Of a DNA stretch of 64,000 nucleotides, positions 12,062 to 25,032 are shown piece by piece (the first letter of the stretch is position 1; every line of letters begins with the position of its first letter). The position numbers and the translations under genes were made by a program. The DNA is from Azolla caroliniana (lineage: Eukaryota; Plantae; Polypodiophyta). Under the pieces are notes generated by a model. It was not told the origin of the DNA. It made no database searches and was given only the letters and a program-made list of their open reading frames with translations. The stretch is from contig JBHGNT010000008.1 of assembly GCA_043228905.1 (NCBI GenBank), positions 10,168,001 to 10,232,000 on the forward strand, in the 5' to 3' direction.

Positions 12062-12187
12062 GCATATATGCATATATATGCATATATGCATATAGTATAG
12101 TATTTACCTTCCTCCTCCACCTCATCCCCCCCCCCCGCTGACTCTTGAAGGAAAGGAAATTAGGAAAAGGAAAAGAAGGAAGGCACC

Positions 12188-12232
12188 AAACCCTAATTAA
12201 TCTGCCTACCTCCTCCGCCACGTGACAACGTG
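12188..12232 (+). promoter_or_regulatory. Candidate promoter motifs of the PUB gene: telo-box, G-box/ABRE pair
   Basis: AAACCCTA 12188-95, GCCACGTG 12217-24, ACGTG 12228-32, about 420 bp upstream of the ATG. Motif match only. Confidence 0.35.
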
Positions 12233-12645
12233 CACCGACTTCAACGGAAGAATTTTATGCACCCACATACACACAAATACACATACACATACACATACAT
12301 GTACATATATATAAACACCCATCCATACAAATCACAACTCTTGATCTTTCTGTCTCATAAGCACCTCTTAATAATAAGACAAAACCACCTCTAATCATAG
12401 ACCACCACCCCTGTCTCTCTTTAATCCCTCCCCTTCATAAATCCCCAACGAAACGAAACGAAACGAAACGAAACTAGGGTGGGTGCTCTCTCATCCCTCT
12501 AATTTTAATTTCCTTGCTGCATCTATTTTGTCCTTCCCTTACAAATCTCCATCCATCTCTAACCTCCTCATTCTAACCCATCTCTAATCCGGAAACACAT
12601 TTAAAAAAGAAATTATCATTGTTCCAAGCTTTCATCGTACCACTA

Positions 12646-14859
12646 ATGATGATGCTTCCTGGCAGTAGTCGACGAAGAAGAAACCCCCATAATCATGCCC
12701 ATTTCCGGGAATCCCTGCTCCCTCCTCTCTGCTCTTCCTCGGCTTCCCTCATCAAGAGCCTCCTCGACCTCTCCCGCTCCATTGCTTCTCTGGAGAAAGA
12801 ATCCGCCCCACGAATCGTATGCCAGAAACGCAACATCTCAATCATCACACGCCGTGTACGAAGCCTCCTCATCTTCTTAGAAGATTTAACAGATCATTTC
12901 CTCTCCTCCACCCCCGACCCTCTTCCCCCTTCAGCCCTACTCTCCTTCGGCGAATTGCATGTGGTCCTTCAAGGTATAAAAATTATGTTAAACGACTGTG
13001 TGGATTGTAGCAGGATGTGGCTTCTAGTTGAGCATCGCAAGCTTTCCGAGTCTTTCCATCTATTGACTCAAGAGATGGCCACTGCTCTTGATGTCCTTCC
13101 CTTACCTTTGCTCAATGTGGCGGGCGAGGTCCGAGAGCAAGTAGACCTCGTCCGCAAACAAGCCCGGAAAGCCAAAGTACATATCGATCCGAAAGAGACC
13201 GAGTTGTTGGCACAAGTGCAAAATTTGATGAAGCAAATTGAGAGGAGAGAGGTGCCAGAAGTTAAGATGTTAGTCAGAGTTTTCTTGGGTTTGAAGCTTA
13301 ACTCGGGCATGGATTGTCAGCAAGAGATAGAGAGGCTAGAAGAGGAGGCGAATGGATCGCCAATGTTGGATGATCCTCCTGGCTCAGGCGGCCCACAGAC
13401 AATGAAGATTCCTCTGTATGATTTGGTAGGCTTAGTTCGATATGGAAAGTGTGTCCTCTATGGAGCAACCGAAATAGCAGAGAATCTAGAGAACATTGAA
13501 ACAGGGGATGCTCAATTAGAAGGGGAGGAAGATGAGGAGGAACTGTTTGTATCAGGAAGGGTTCCCGAAGATTTCCGGTGTCCAATTTCACTCGATGTGA
13601 TGACCGATCCCGTGATCGTGGCGACAGGGCAGACATACGACAGGCTCTCCATAACCAAGTGGATGTTCGAAGAGAAAAACCAAACATGCCCAAAGAGTGG
13701 GTTGAAGCTAGAGCATTCAGCCCTAATCCCAAACCATGCCCTGCGAAACCTCATCTTGCAGTGGTCTTCAAGCAACAACTTCAATTTGCAAATCCCTAGC
13801 CGGAGTTATACTGCATCACCAAGCAGCAGAGGGCGAGCCCCAGCCAGTGGTGGGAATCATCCCACTCCAACAGCACTAGAGGCAACGAAACTTACTGTTG
13901 AACTACTTCTAAGACAACTTCCTTCAGCGGCTCCTCTCACTCAAAGGAATATAGCGGGGGAGATTCGGTTCCTCACCAAGTGTGGATCAGCCAACCGCAA
14001 GGCTGTTGCCGAGGCGGGCACCATTCCTGCCTTCTTGACACTTCTCCGTACTACTACTGACATGCGGACGCAAGACCACGCCGTGACTGCCATCCTTAAT
14101 CTCTCTATCTACCCTCCCAACAAGGCTCGCATAGTCGATGCAGGGGGCATCGACCCATTGGTCGATATCCTCAAGAGCACCTCCTCCTCCTCCTCTGGCA
14201 TTGCTAGAGAGAATGCTGCTGCCACCGTGTTTAGCTTGTCTCAGATCACAGAGTATGCTGCAATTCTTGGTGAGAAGAAGGGTCTGATGGAGGGATTAAT
14301 GAAGCTTCTTCAAGAGGGCAGCCAAAGGGGCCGGCGAGATGCGACCTGTGCCATTTTCAACATGGCGGTGTATGGGCCTAACAGGGGGAAATTAGTGAAA
14401 GTAGGAGTGGTCCAAGCTCTATTCGAGGGTTTGGAGAAACGAGGAAGAGTGGGCCATTTGGAAGAAGAAGTGTTAGCAGTCATAGCAGTTCTATCACACT
14501 CCTCCGAGGGGAGAGAAGCCATTTGTGCCACCAATGGCTCACTGCCCATTCTCATCGGCCTCGTTCGAACGGGGAACCAGAAAACAAAAGAGAATGCTGC
14601 CGCTGTTATCCTTCAGATTTGCAGGCATGGTGGACATGACATGATTGCGAAGATAAGTAGCTCGGCGGGAACTTTCCAGAACTTGCTCACCCATGGCACG
14701 CCTCGAGCTAGAAGAAAGGCTTCATCCCTCCTTCGCCTCATCTTCAGATCAGAATCACTACACATTAACCATCTCATAACCACAACTGCTCATGCTTCTA
14801 ATCAGGATACCGCCACTTACTCTACCATGATGCTCTCTTATACAACAGCCGCACACTAG
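12646..14859 (+). CDS. Plant U-box ARM-repeat E3 ubiquitin ligase (UND + U-box + ARM; PUB16-19 type), intronless, 737 aa
   Basis: U-box PEDFRCPISLDVMTDPVIVATGQTYDR...CPKSG...LIPNHALRNLILQW; ARM motifs QDHAVTAILNLSI, ARENAAATVFSLS and GTPRARRKASSLL. First ATG is 12646 (the track starts at TTG 12619). Confidence 0.95.
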   Translation: MMMLPGSSRRRRNPHNHAHFRESLLPPLCSSSASLIKSLLDLSRSIASLEKESAPRIVCQKRNISIITRRVRSLLIFLEDLTDHFLSSTPDPLPPSALLSFGELHVVLQGIKIMLNDCVDCSRMWLLVEHRKLSESFHLLTQEMATALDVLPLPLLNVAGEVREQVDLVRKQARKAKVHIDPKETELLAQVQNLMKQIERREVPEVKMLVRVFLGLKLNSGMDCQQEIERLEEEANGSPMLDDPPGSGGPQTMKIPLYDLVGLVRYGKCVLYGATEIAENLENIETGDAQLEGEEDEEELFVSGRVPEDFRCPISLDVMTDPVIVATGQTYDRLSITKWMFEEKNQTCPKSGLKLEHSALIPNHALRNLILQWSSSNNFNLQIPSRSYTASPSSRGRAPASGGNHPTPTALEATKLTVELLLRQLPSAAPLTQRNIAGEIRFLTKCGSANRKAVAEAGTIPAFLTLLRTTTDMRTQDHAVTAILNLSIYPPNKARIVDAGGIDPLVDILKSTSSSSSGIARENAAATVFSLSQITEYAAILGEKKGLMEGLMKLLQEGSQRGRRDATCAIFNMAVYGPNRGKLVKVGVVQALFEGLEKRGRVGHLEEEVLAVIAVLSHSSEGREAICATNGSLPILIGLVRTGNQKTKENAAAVILQICRHGGHDMIAKISSSAGTFQNLLTHGTPRARRKASSLLRLIFRSESLHINHLITTTAHASNQDTATYSTMMLSYTTAAH

Positions 14860-15306
14860 CTTTCCCTGGCCGCTCCGAAAAGATAAGCAGCGATCAGACC
14901 CATCCAATGAAGTTCTCCTGACTGTGTACATACAACATGGTTTGCACATTGTTTCCAATTTATTGATTCCTAACAAGAATATACAAGACTCCCATAACTG
15001 ATCGGCCACTCAACTGTGATCGATCGCAGGGACGACTCCCATACTCTCAATTAATTGTCATACTACTGCTGAAGTAATCGATTTTGTTCTTAGAACATGG
15101 ATCTTGTCCCATCCTTGTAATTTCCTCATTTTTAATCAGACATATACCTTCCCTTCTGAAATGGGGTTTGTTCATAGAACATGTGTTTCTTCTCGCCCCT
15201 CTTTTGTTTCATTGTGTGAACTGAAGAAAATATACAATATAATAAGACTCCTTGCATTTCATCTCTGCTCTGTATTTTCTAATAAACACAAAAATATCCC
15301 ACAATC

Positions 15307-15724
15307 TAGCCTTACCAAAAACTCACTTAAAACTAAACCAAATCTCAAAACTATTGAAGATATCTGCAAACCTAAACCGATGCAGAGCCGTTTAAGAGAT
15401 CCTCAAATGTAAACTGTTTAAAACAAAACTTAAACCAATGATAAAGCAATTAATGTGCATCAAAAACAAAATTGGAAATCACCAAAACTTCGAAATATGA
15501 AATGAACTTAATAAACAGACACACACACATATATATAATATGAATATTATTTATAAATATGGCCCGATAAGTGTCTTTCAAGCTTTTCAATAGACCATTA
15601 AACCCAACCAAACCAAACTTAGATGAAGCCAATTTCAAATTTGAGAATTAAATCCAACTTGTTTAAACCATCAAGTCACTAAACTATGGTTTCATGGTTC
15701 GGGTTTGGTTCATTGGCAACTTCT
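15307..15724. mobile_element. Possible degenerate hAT-type MITE between the convergent genes
   Basis: AAACC-rich left half and GGTT-rich right end; imperfect termini TAGCCTTACCAA / TTGGCAACTTCTA; no TSD seen. Confidence 0.3.
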
Positions 15725-17088
15725 AGTTGTGATGTGTACACAGGCCTGAATGTCATTTAGAACTTTATATCTGCCTTCACAAGGAGACAAAGATATATTA
15801 AAAACGTGGCAACCTTACTAGATACTACCAGTAAGGATTCGTATTAGAAACTTGGCAATGATAGCATTCAAGAGCTAAAAAAGGAAGCCCACACTTACAA
15901 GTACAACAAGAGGCAAAATGCAAAGGAAATCCATATTTCAATAGCATCGCAGTTATGTCAACAAATACATTCAGCAATATGTTAACCCAGTATTATATGG
16001 TAGCATAGATTTGAGTATTAGGTGGCACCAAGTTGTGGAATTCATAATTGATGATCTTGAGGGCTGGATGGCTAGAACAATTCGGGAAGCATGCAACCAA
16101 GCAGCATAAAGCACAAAGAATAGTACTGAGATGGGAAGCCATCCCAACTGGTATTAATTCAAGAATATTCAAATCAAGAACTTGCTCATCCGGTGGTAGA
16201 TTATGCATTTAGAGTGAGAGACATACATTCCATAGTGATAGGATGTATGCAATACATATGCCGTAGCACCCTGTCTTTCTTGCAAAAACCAAGCAGAAGC
16301 GAAGTATCACTCTATTCAAAGCACAATCGAGGATAAGCTTGTGGAGCTTGCCAACTTTCCAATAATGATTTGTATACCTCAGACATAGGATGAGGCATCA
16401 ATATGTATATCCTACTGAGCAAATAAAAGAAGTATCAAGCTATTCAAAGCACAACAGAGAACAAGCACATGGAGCTCCTTATGATTCCTACAGAGGTTAG
16501 CATATTGCAGGCATAGAATGAGGAATCAATTCTCATAAACTTGTGCAGAGTACTTTGTACTTTTTTATCCTAGTTCTCCACTAAATGCACATCAGCCTTC
16601 AAGTGGGAGGTTTCAAACCCTTTCCACCAACATTGATTAGGTTTCCATGAAGAGAAGAATTCAAATTTCTTCACTATAATGATAAGAAACTTTTAACCAG
16701 TTCATTTAACTCAGAATCTTAGAAGCTTCCTTTTAGCATCCAACAAAAGATCTTAAGTATAAATAGTAAGTGTAACTGAAGATCAGGACAAAATGGACCC
16801 AACTTGGTGACCAGTAATAAGCCCAGCCAGTATTGCATGCTTGGTTTACTTGTGCCAGACCATAATATAGCAACTTGAACACCAATCCTCGCACCCAGCT
16901 ACCAATACCAGTATAGATATCTCTCTTCAGAATACATTTAGCAATGCCAGATTACTGGTACAATTTATCTAGCAAAGCCGCATTGCAGTTTAAACCTCTG
17001 CCTCCTATTCATGTTCTAAGCATGTAGAGGATATTTGTCGACTACACACTTGCATGGTCTCATTATCTTTGTTCCATAAATTATACAA

Positions 17089-17527
17089 TTATATTATGTT
17101 TTTCAGTTTTCTTTCCAAGTACAGATAGAGTATCCGTGCATCCTCATATTTGTCCCAAAAATCTTCCAAAAAGTCCTGGCGTTTTTTATTAGAATTCCGC
17201 TGTAACGCAGTAATGGCATCTCCGCTTTGAATGAAATATGCCAAATCCAGCTTCTTCTTGGAAACAAGTAATTTAACCCGTCCATATCTTGAACAAGAAC
17301 CTTCAATGCACTGTTGAATCAATTCTCCAGTCCTTACACCTTCTATCAGATTAATTACATGTTGTTTAAGCTTTATTTCAGCCACCCACCATCTACATTG
17401 TGCGGAAAGCTTTATGAATGCTTTAATTGACAGACCAGCAACCACAGGTCCAATGGTCCATAATGGTGTTAAATTTGATGCAACAGATTTTCCATAAATA
17501 ATATTGACAATAAGAAACCATGGGACA
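17089..17527 (-). CDS. EMB2759: EMB2759-like protein, last coding exon
   Basis: TTTGCAG acceptor; splicing gives KLPIAIF-VPWFLIVNIIYGKSVASNLTPLWTIGP, resembling from memory the EMB2759 family KIPLLIFIP..AVN.IYGAEVSKELTPLW..GP; C-terminal DFLEDFW; stop TAA at 17089. Confidence 0.75.
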
Positions 17528-17623
17528 CTGCAAAAGACCACAGAACACAGTAAGTTGAATTGAATCTTCTCACAATACATGAAATAAATCTCAACACTCA
17601 ATGCTGCTCACAGCAAGACTTAC

Positions 17624-18016
17624 AAAATTGCAATTGGCAACTTGACATAAGGCCTTGTTTCAACCCAGCACCACAATGCACTTGATGCAAATTTGATACT
17701 TTTTAGTTGTTCAAGCAACTCTCCCTTATTGAAAGATTGCGCCCCATTCTTCAAAATCTCCACTACTTGCTTGATGGTAGCAGAAACACCTTGCTTCCTT
17801 GTGTTAGTATACCAAAGTTGACCATAATATAGCAGAGTCTGCAATGGACCACTGGATGTAAAGACACCTTTATACTCCATTGATGGAGATGGTCCTCCTT
17901 TTGATATGCTACCTTCAGAGTCATTATCTATTGTGACTGCTTGAAGCGGCAAAGCATGGATGAGATGATGTGGATCTCTAAAAGTGTTTCTGACACCATT
18001 TGGGAGCACATTGTAG
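17624..18016 (-). CDS. EMB2759: EMB2759-like protein, internal exon
   Basis: CTACAG acceptor and GTAAGT donor; a 96-bp intron (17528-17623) joins it in frame to the last exon. Confidence 0.75.
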
Positions 18017-18626
18017 CTGTAGCCAGAATATTAACTCAGTTATAGTGTCCTGATACGTACACTATATATGTAGTTTTAACATTCCGTGCTCAGACAACAT
18101 GGGTACTCAAGTAGCAGTAGTCCATCAACTAGTGTATGCAGGGGCGCGGGCTGCATTATTTCATCAATGTTGATTCTAACCTTGTGCAGTGTACAATTAG
18201 TTTATGAATAGCACAGGTTGCATTGTCATAAATTGAGTTTAAGATGCCTCATCCTTATAGCATGCTTGCATATTACAAAAACAAAAATGAAAAGGGAAAG
18301 ATAGATGCAGAAGTGTGTGAAGGCTCATAATATAGTGGACAGATAATTTTAATAGCTTCATAAAATCAGAATAATGTTGCCTTAAATGTCTGTGTCTATG
18401 GGTAAGTGAATATGTGAGTGTGCGAGAAATGAAAGAGGCGGATTATAAAATGGCAAAGTAAAAATTTCTAAAAACCAAAATAAACTTGTCTAATAGAAGA
18501 TGAAAAATCAGCACTGCATGAGATGTTCTTAACGAGCACATATTTGTCAATTTCTCGGTGTCATAGGCTGTCAGAAAAAGGCTAAAAGTAGTAACCTCGT
18601 GTTCAAGGGCATCTAATACTACTAAC

Positions 18627-18754
18627 CAAAGACGTTGGTATTTGTTGTATCTGAGTTGCTTGGTTGACTGATCAGTAATGTTGCTTAAACCGAAAATCAC
18701 CCTCTCAGCTGGTGGAAAGGCTGCTAGATGAGATGAAATTGTTGCAGAAAGAAC
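18627..18754 (-). CDS. EMB2759: EMB2759-like protein, upstream exon (transit-peptide-like)
   Basis: TTTTTCCAG acceptor; a GTTAGT donor in phase 2 matches the next exon; S/T/A-rich VLSATISSHLAAF. Confidence 0.55.
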
Positions 18755-18860
18755 CTGGAAAAATATCAAAACATATTGCAGCTTTCTACAGATTTCATAA
18801 AGTAAAGAAACAATTGGTAGCAGGTCATGTTTCAAAAGGACAAACAAACAGTAGTAATAC

Positions 18861-18863
18861 CAT
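18861..18863 (-). CDS. Candidate start codon exon of the EMB2759-like gene (total CDS 963 nt, 320 aa)
   Basis: ATG|GTATTA donor with a 106-bp intron to the 18754 acceptor; exon sum 3+128+393+439 is divisible by 3. Confidence 0.35.
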
Positions 18864-21310
18864 GACCTATTTAGTATCACATAACATATTATGCAACTCC
18901 TGATAACATATTTGTCATTATGATTATCCAGATCCATAGAAACCTATATATGAATAGTGTGCAAAAGGATACACGACTAGCACCAAAACACCGAGCAATG
19001 GAAATACAAATGGAATAGAAAAACACATATAGAATACATCACATTCAGATAAGGCAATGTATCAATTAGAGAGGTAAACATTCATAAGACTGAAAAAATT
19101 TTAAATGATGAAAACATGCTTGAATTCAATCACCATTTCCTGGCACTGCAAATCAGCTTGCTTTTTTGGGTCATGATGATTCCAAGACTTATAGCAGTTA
19201 CTGTACACTTAATCGATTAGAAACCCACACAAAGATGTCAATGCAACATTGAAGTGATCTACTAGGAATTATGTGAGAAGAAAATTCATGTATGGAATAA
19301 AAATGATAGATGTGAATCTATGTCAAGTCTTGGGATCAAAATACAATTGGTTGCACTTGGATGTATAAGGTAGAATGCATTTGATGGTATTGTGAAGAAA
19401 AAAAAAGCTAGAATTGTTGCAAAAGGTTATGTGTAAGCTATGTTACAAAGGAATTTCACTTTCCGAGAGGATCCTTCACGCATAAAACTTACCAAGGTTC
19501 CGTTGCTCCAACAATGGGGCAACAACCTCTTTTTCCACTTCTTCCAAAAAACAGGAGTATACTTTTCTCTTCTCCTCTCTTATCTCTCACCAAGTTTACA
19601 CCGTAGCATTAAAGACATAAAATTTAAAGAACCCAAGTTCAATCCTCACGATGGGCTGGGCCCTGTCCCACAGACCAAAATCAGTCTCCTGGGGACGTTA
19701 AAAAGATATCTTCTCTTCTCGTCATCTTCTGGAAACCAATGATATATATCTCCTCGCCCAGTTACTTTTCAAGATACTCCCTTGGCTCCTAGTTGTAGAA
19801 TACTTAGAATATGTATCTCCAAATAAAATACATCAAATGCATGATACATGTAGAATCATTAAATACATAAAATATATATAGAACACATCAAATACTTCTT
19901 AAAATTGTAAGTTTCTAAAATATATATATACGTATATATACTCTTTTTTTTACTTTTTGGAACTGTAGAATACGTGGAATACTTAGAATATGTGAAACAT
20001 TTTAAGTTCTAAAACGTCGAATACATGTAGCATACTTCAGAGTATTCTAAAACCTATTCAAAACATAAAATACGCATTTTTGACAACTATGTCTTTGTTC
20101 TACTGCTTTTCCAAATACCTGTATAATGCTATACTGCATCTTAATGTCATCTACCAACTTGATGATCTTTGGTAGACATTATGACAATATCAGTTAGCAC
20201 AGATATTATTATGGGAGAGGTCCATCATCAAAACAGTAATCAATTGTGAAACCTTCTTAGAGCAATTAGTTGACTTGCTCAATATTTCTAAAGTCCTCTC
20301 AATTCAATTCGAATTCTAGCCTCAATAATCATTTGGTTGGTTGTAGGAGTTTTAATATGATTTTTAGTAATGAAAAACCTGCAGGGGTGCTGCGGTGTGT
20401 GTTGGTGATAAATTCATATACTCAGTGATGGTATTAAGCTTCTTCTAAATGAAGTATTGTTCCGGATGGAAGTGATCCCTTGTTATTCAAAACCTGACTA
20501 ATTGTCATACCAATTTTCATGTCATTTGATGATAGCCTTCGGTCAGCATACAATTCAATCTGATGTGAATATAGGTGTTTCTTTATGGATTTTTACCTTC
20601 ACCATTGTACCCCTCAGTGGTCTTCTAATGGCTAGCTATGGTTATATTCTTTTTTGGGTGGTTTGAGAGGAACTCTTCAATCCATCATCTAAGTTTTGTG
20701 TCAATACCCTTAGGTGTGACTTCCAAAAGATAAAGATGAAAAAGCTCATTAGAGAAAGAAATGTAAAACTAATTTACGTCCAGAGTAACTTGGGAGCCTC
20801 TCCAACTAAAAAGCATCAAGCCTGGAAAATCGAGGAAAACTTACGTCCATAGATCTCAACTTTCAAGAGGAAACGCGTCAAAGGATTGTGACACACAATA
20901 GGAATATCACAGTAAATCATGTCAGTATTTGGACACCAACATGATGTTGTAAAGAGACACACGATGAAATGCAGCCACAATTACATAAGATGGACATCAT
21001 AGCAAGACATAAAAATATGTTGATACCAACTTAACATTGTACAAGAGACACAATGCAATATGGCGAAGAACTAACAAATAGGGACATAACATCCTTCATA
21101 CATGGGCACAGAAAATTCCACATGTCAATGATGAGAGGGCAGGATCACATTTTTTGGGCCAAGCAACCCAAATAGATGTAGACGGGGGAGGACATAGTAA
21201 TTAATACACCATGGCTTCAGCACATTCAAACTTGTCTTCCACGCTGTGCACATCGGAGGAGCTGGATTCTTTTTTCTTTTGTTTTTTTACGAAATAATAC
21301 TGTCTCTTAC

Positions 21311-21410
21311 TGTACAGACTTGTGTATCAAATCAAGCACAAAAACAAGGAGTCTTTGAGAAGTAGTCGGCAAATGCAGGATTGACGAATGTTGAGAGAGA
21401 GAGAGAGAGA
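21311..21410 (-). other. Possible first (5' UTR) exon of the EMB2759-like gene
   Basis: CAGTAAGA donor-like site next to a CT-repeat leader; the promoter side has a (TACA)n tract. Confidence 0.3.
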
Positions 21411-21546
21411 TGGGGGTACCTGGTCCATGTTTTAGGGCGGGTAGAATTGGAGGAACCCTAACTTCGGTACATGGAATATAGTCGATGGGAAGAGACACAG
21501 AGTATGTATGTTTTCCTGCTATCCTTATTAGCCCCCCCTCCCCATC

Positions 21547-21590
21547 TACATACATACATACATACATACATACATACATACATACATACA
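21547..21590. repeat. (TACA)11 microsatellite
   Basis: Direct reading. Confidence 0.95.
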
Positions 21591-22744
21591 ATTATTAGCC
21601 CCCACCCCCCCCATACATTATGTACATACATATACAACGCATACGCATGTCTGTCATCATTTCCGCCTTCCTTGCCCAAGTAGTCATTCCACATGCACAC
21701 CTCGGTCTGCATTGCGTCCAAGCGCTCGTGTCTACTCGTGTCTAGTGAGGGAATCGTGGTCGCGTATGTTGCAGGGCTCGTTTCGATAATCCCATGCGAT
21801 CTACACCATCAAATCATTATCCACAAAAATCGTGAGTACATATCCAGATTGACTCAAATGATGTCACGGGTTTATCTCATTCTCCAAATAACAAACTTTT
21901 GCATATGTGCAAATATCTTGTCATTGTTTCTTCATTAGATACACTCTAAAGGGTGGGAATATCTTCACAATGTTACTTTTATTGATAGGTTAGTGGTCTA
22001 AACATGCATTATCCTCAAAGCTTAAGTAGCCACACATCCAATGAAAATACAATCAATCATGCTTGATCAAAAGCTCTCACACGTGATGAGAATGTAAAAT
22101 GAAACACAAATTCAAACTTTGGATCTGCATGCCAACATTCCGGAAACACACTTTCCTGTGTTTATCATTGGATCAACTTTAAAAAGGAATATGCAATGTA
22201 ATCCATTCCACATACATCTTATTCCAGTTTTAAGTAAATGTAAATTTTAGACTTATTATGATGTAAATTTCAATTTTAATTGGAAATGGGTTTAAGCCTT
22301 ATTGACTAGGTTTTAAGCTCAAAATAATAAAACATAAACATTCAAAAAAGCTTGTAAATCTTGATGTACCATCAAAACTAGATGCGGAATAATAAACATT
22401 TGATGTAGAACCATTTTGTATTTTGACAATGATGTACAACCAATGTTGACATAACTTACATCAATGAGAGAGGAGTTTTCATGCTAACATAACATTTCAA
22501 ACATATTTTTGTACAAAAATAACAATTATAATTTCTAATTCAAAGTGGCCCTTTACAATGTTACAATAGGGATATGGTCAATGTCATTACATTTTGTAAT
22601 TATCAATGTCTAGAACTTTTATAGTTTAGATCTATTTTGTATACATCTTCAGAATATCTTTTGCACCAACTATAGAAGAATGAGATTGAACACATTCTTC
22701 ATATACAATTTCCACTTGCATATCACCTTACTTCACTCGACTTA

Positions 22745-22888
22745 TCCTATGACAACACATTTCACATGGATGGTGGACTTAGTAGCTACACCAATATGAG
22801 TGGGTCAGTTGAAATACTTGGTACTTGCAAGGGAAGACCTCACAAACCAAGTAGAAGGAAAGGGCTCTAAGAAATAAGACCACTGTGG
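22745..22888 (+). pseudogene. Ty3-type integrase core, left part (host of a 13.7-kb nest)
   Basis: WMVDLVATP...KYLVLAREDLTNQVEG(R)ALRNKTT; continues at 36635. Confidence 0.7.
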
Positions 22889-22992
22889 TGTCGTGAAAAT
22901 CCGTCGCTATGTGCGGATCGTGAGGCGGAACGGTCGGGGTTCTGGACGGGAAGGAAATAGGGCTCACACGCACAACACAAGGAAGGCTTACA

Positions 22993-23465
22993 TGTTATGT
23001 ACACATAACGTTGGTGAGGGTAGGTCACCAATATTTACATTAGTGAAGGGTATGTTCACTAATGTTAAAAAGGGGACTAATGATTGGATAGAAGGAATGA
23101 TAGGTGCATGCACTATCATGGTTTGGACAACCAATGAATGGAGAGCCTTTTAGAAAGGCACATCTATTCAAGGGGCCTAGGAAAATGTATAAATATGAGG
23201 CTTAGCTACCTTCATAAACACATTACGTTGGAAGGTTGTTGTCTTAGACACCGATGGTGTGGGCTAGGCGTTCGTCTTAACGATCTTGTTTATCTCTTCC
23301 AAGGTGTTAGTCATCCTAATATCCGGCGGTATGGGACGTCGGTGGTAGGTTGGCTATGCCTAGATCATAGCTCGGGGGTGGTCGGGTAGAACGGGTTCTT
23401 CTATCCATTCTATTTTCCTTCTTTTACTTTAGTTTGGTCTATTGATTAGTAATAGACTCTTAATA
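22993..23465 (+). repeat. 5' LTR of the Reina-like element
   Basis: TGTTA start, TATAAATA, followed by the PBS. Confidence 0.95.
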
Positions 23466-23784
23466 GTGGTATCAGAGCTTTTACTAACAATTTTTTTTGT
23501 TGTTTTGATGTTTTTTGCGTGTGAGCGATGGTGATCTAACAAGGCTCGTCATGCTCTTCACAGGATCAAAACAACATTCTTAACCCGGTATTCTTCTTTC
23601 TCGATCTCTCTTTTCTTTTCTATGATGCTTTCTTCTTGGTCATATGGAAGTGGTATTACGTTTTCTTTTCTTTTCTTTCTTCTTTCTACCATCATACGAT
23701 GTTAATCTACTTATGCATCAGGTCGAGCGTGTTTGCACTAATCGCACACGCTCAACTCATGGCCCTTTTGCATATGATGTTGAG

Positions 23785-24034
23785 TATGCCACTCTTCCCT
23801 TTATTGAGCCATCACTTGGCTGATTCTATGGGATATTGTGGTCTTGACGAGGTGTATGTCACCTACCTATGCCACACTACTCTCTATTGAGCCATCACTT
23901 GGCCAATTCTATGGGATGTTGTGGCCTTAACGAGGTATATTTCACTTACCTATGCCACTTTACTCTTTATTGAGGCATCAATTGGCCGATTCTAAGGAGA
24001 TGTGGTGGTCTTGAGGAGGTGCATGTCAACTACC
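23785..24034. repeat. Three 83-bp tandem repeats in the 5' leader of the chromovirus
   Basis: TATGCCAC at 23785, 23868 and 23951. Confidence 0.85.
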
Positions 24035-25032
24035 TTAGGGTTTCATACCTTAAGGCATGCTTAATGATTCATACACCTAATTGATTATTATTCTAATTAA
24101 TTTCTAATTACACAAATTTTTGTTTCACTTTTGTATGATTTTCTAGTAATTGTCATTTACCCACCCACAATTAACTCTCTTTCTTGCCCTTATTTTAAGT
24201 TCATCTACACTATTTACGTACGTTTAATGGTGTAACGATTCATGTAGACTATTTTTTAATATTGAGTGGGCATCATGCCGTTTTTTGAACGATTTTTTCC
24301 AACGGGTTATCTATGTTTAACTCATATTATCAAGCCTTAGAACTCGAGTAAAACCACATGAGTTCCCATATTGATGTTTTACTCATAAATTTGAGTACTA
24401 CATCTTTGCACACAATACCACCACCATTTGTATCAATTTATGGCTTATGTCACAATTGTGCAAATTACAATCGCCATATTTGGATGTATATGTGCATACC
24501 TCGCACCATCCATTTATTTGTGACATTTTTTTTTTCAGTAGGTAACACATGGGTTTTTTGACCCTTGTTTTCGTCACTGCTTAATTCTTATGGGTAGTGC
24601 CTTATTTTATCGTTTTTGTCATAACATTTGCTTGTTACTCGCAAGACTAGAATATTACTTGCGAGTGTAGTTGTTTTTTCACGTAATACACTTTCTCAAC
24701 CATGTCAATACATGTTGGGTTGACATTCTAATATAAGGCTAACTAGGAAACTACATTGATGTTAGAACCATGGTTGAGCCTTGGGGAGCCGCCATGATTA
24801 TTCAAGATAGAGATCCGATAAAGACATCTTAGCTATGTTTTCCCCCATGGTTTTTAAAACACCATAGAGTTACCATAGTTATCGGATCTCGAATCACATC
24901 TCATATGTCTAGAGGGGTAAAGACGTGAGATGCTTTCTTGGTAAAGCTCTTACAATCAAAATTTCAAGCATTCATTTTGCTTGTGTATTTTCTGAACCTC
25001 GTTATTTATATGGCATACCCACAACTTGCATT

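Noticed and set aside
11500-12221. ORFs with poly-ER and poly-LS runs
   Set aside because: These are translations of microsatellites.
18443-18937. 164-aa stand-alone ORF
   Set aside because: Only the central part (18627-18754) has splice signals and fits the gene model; the rest is intron-like.
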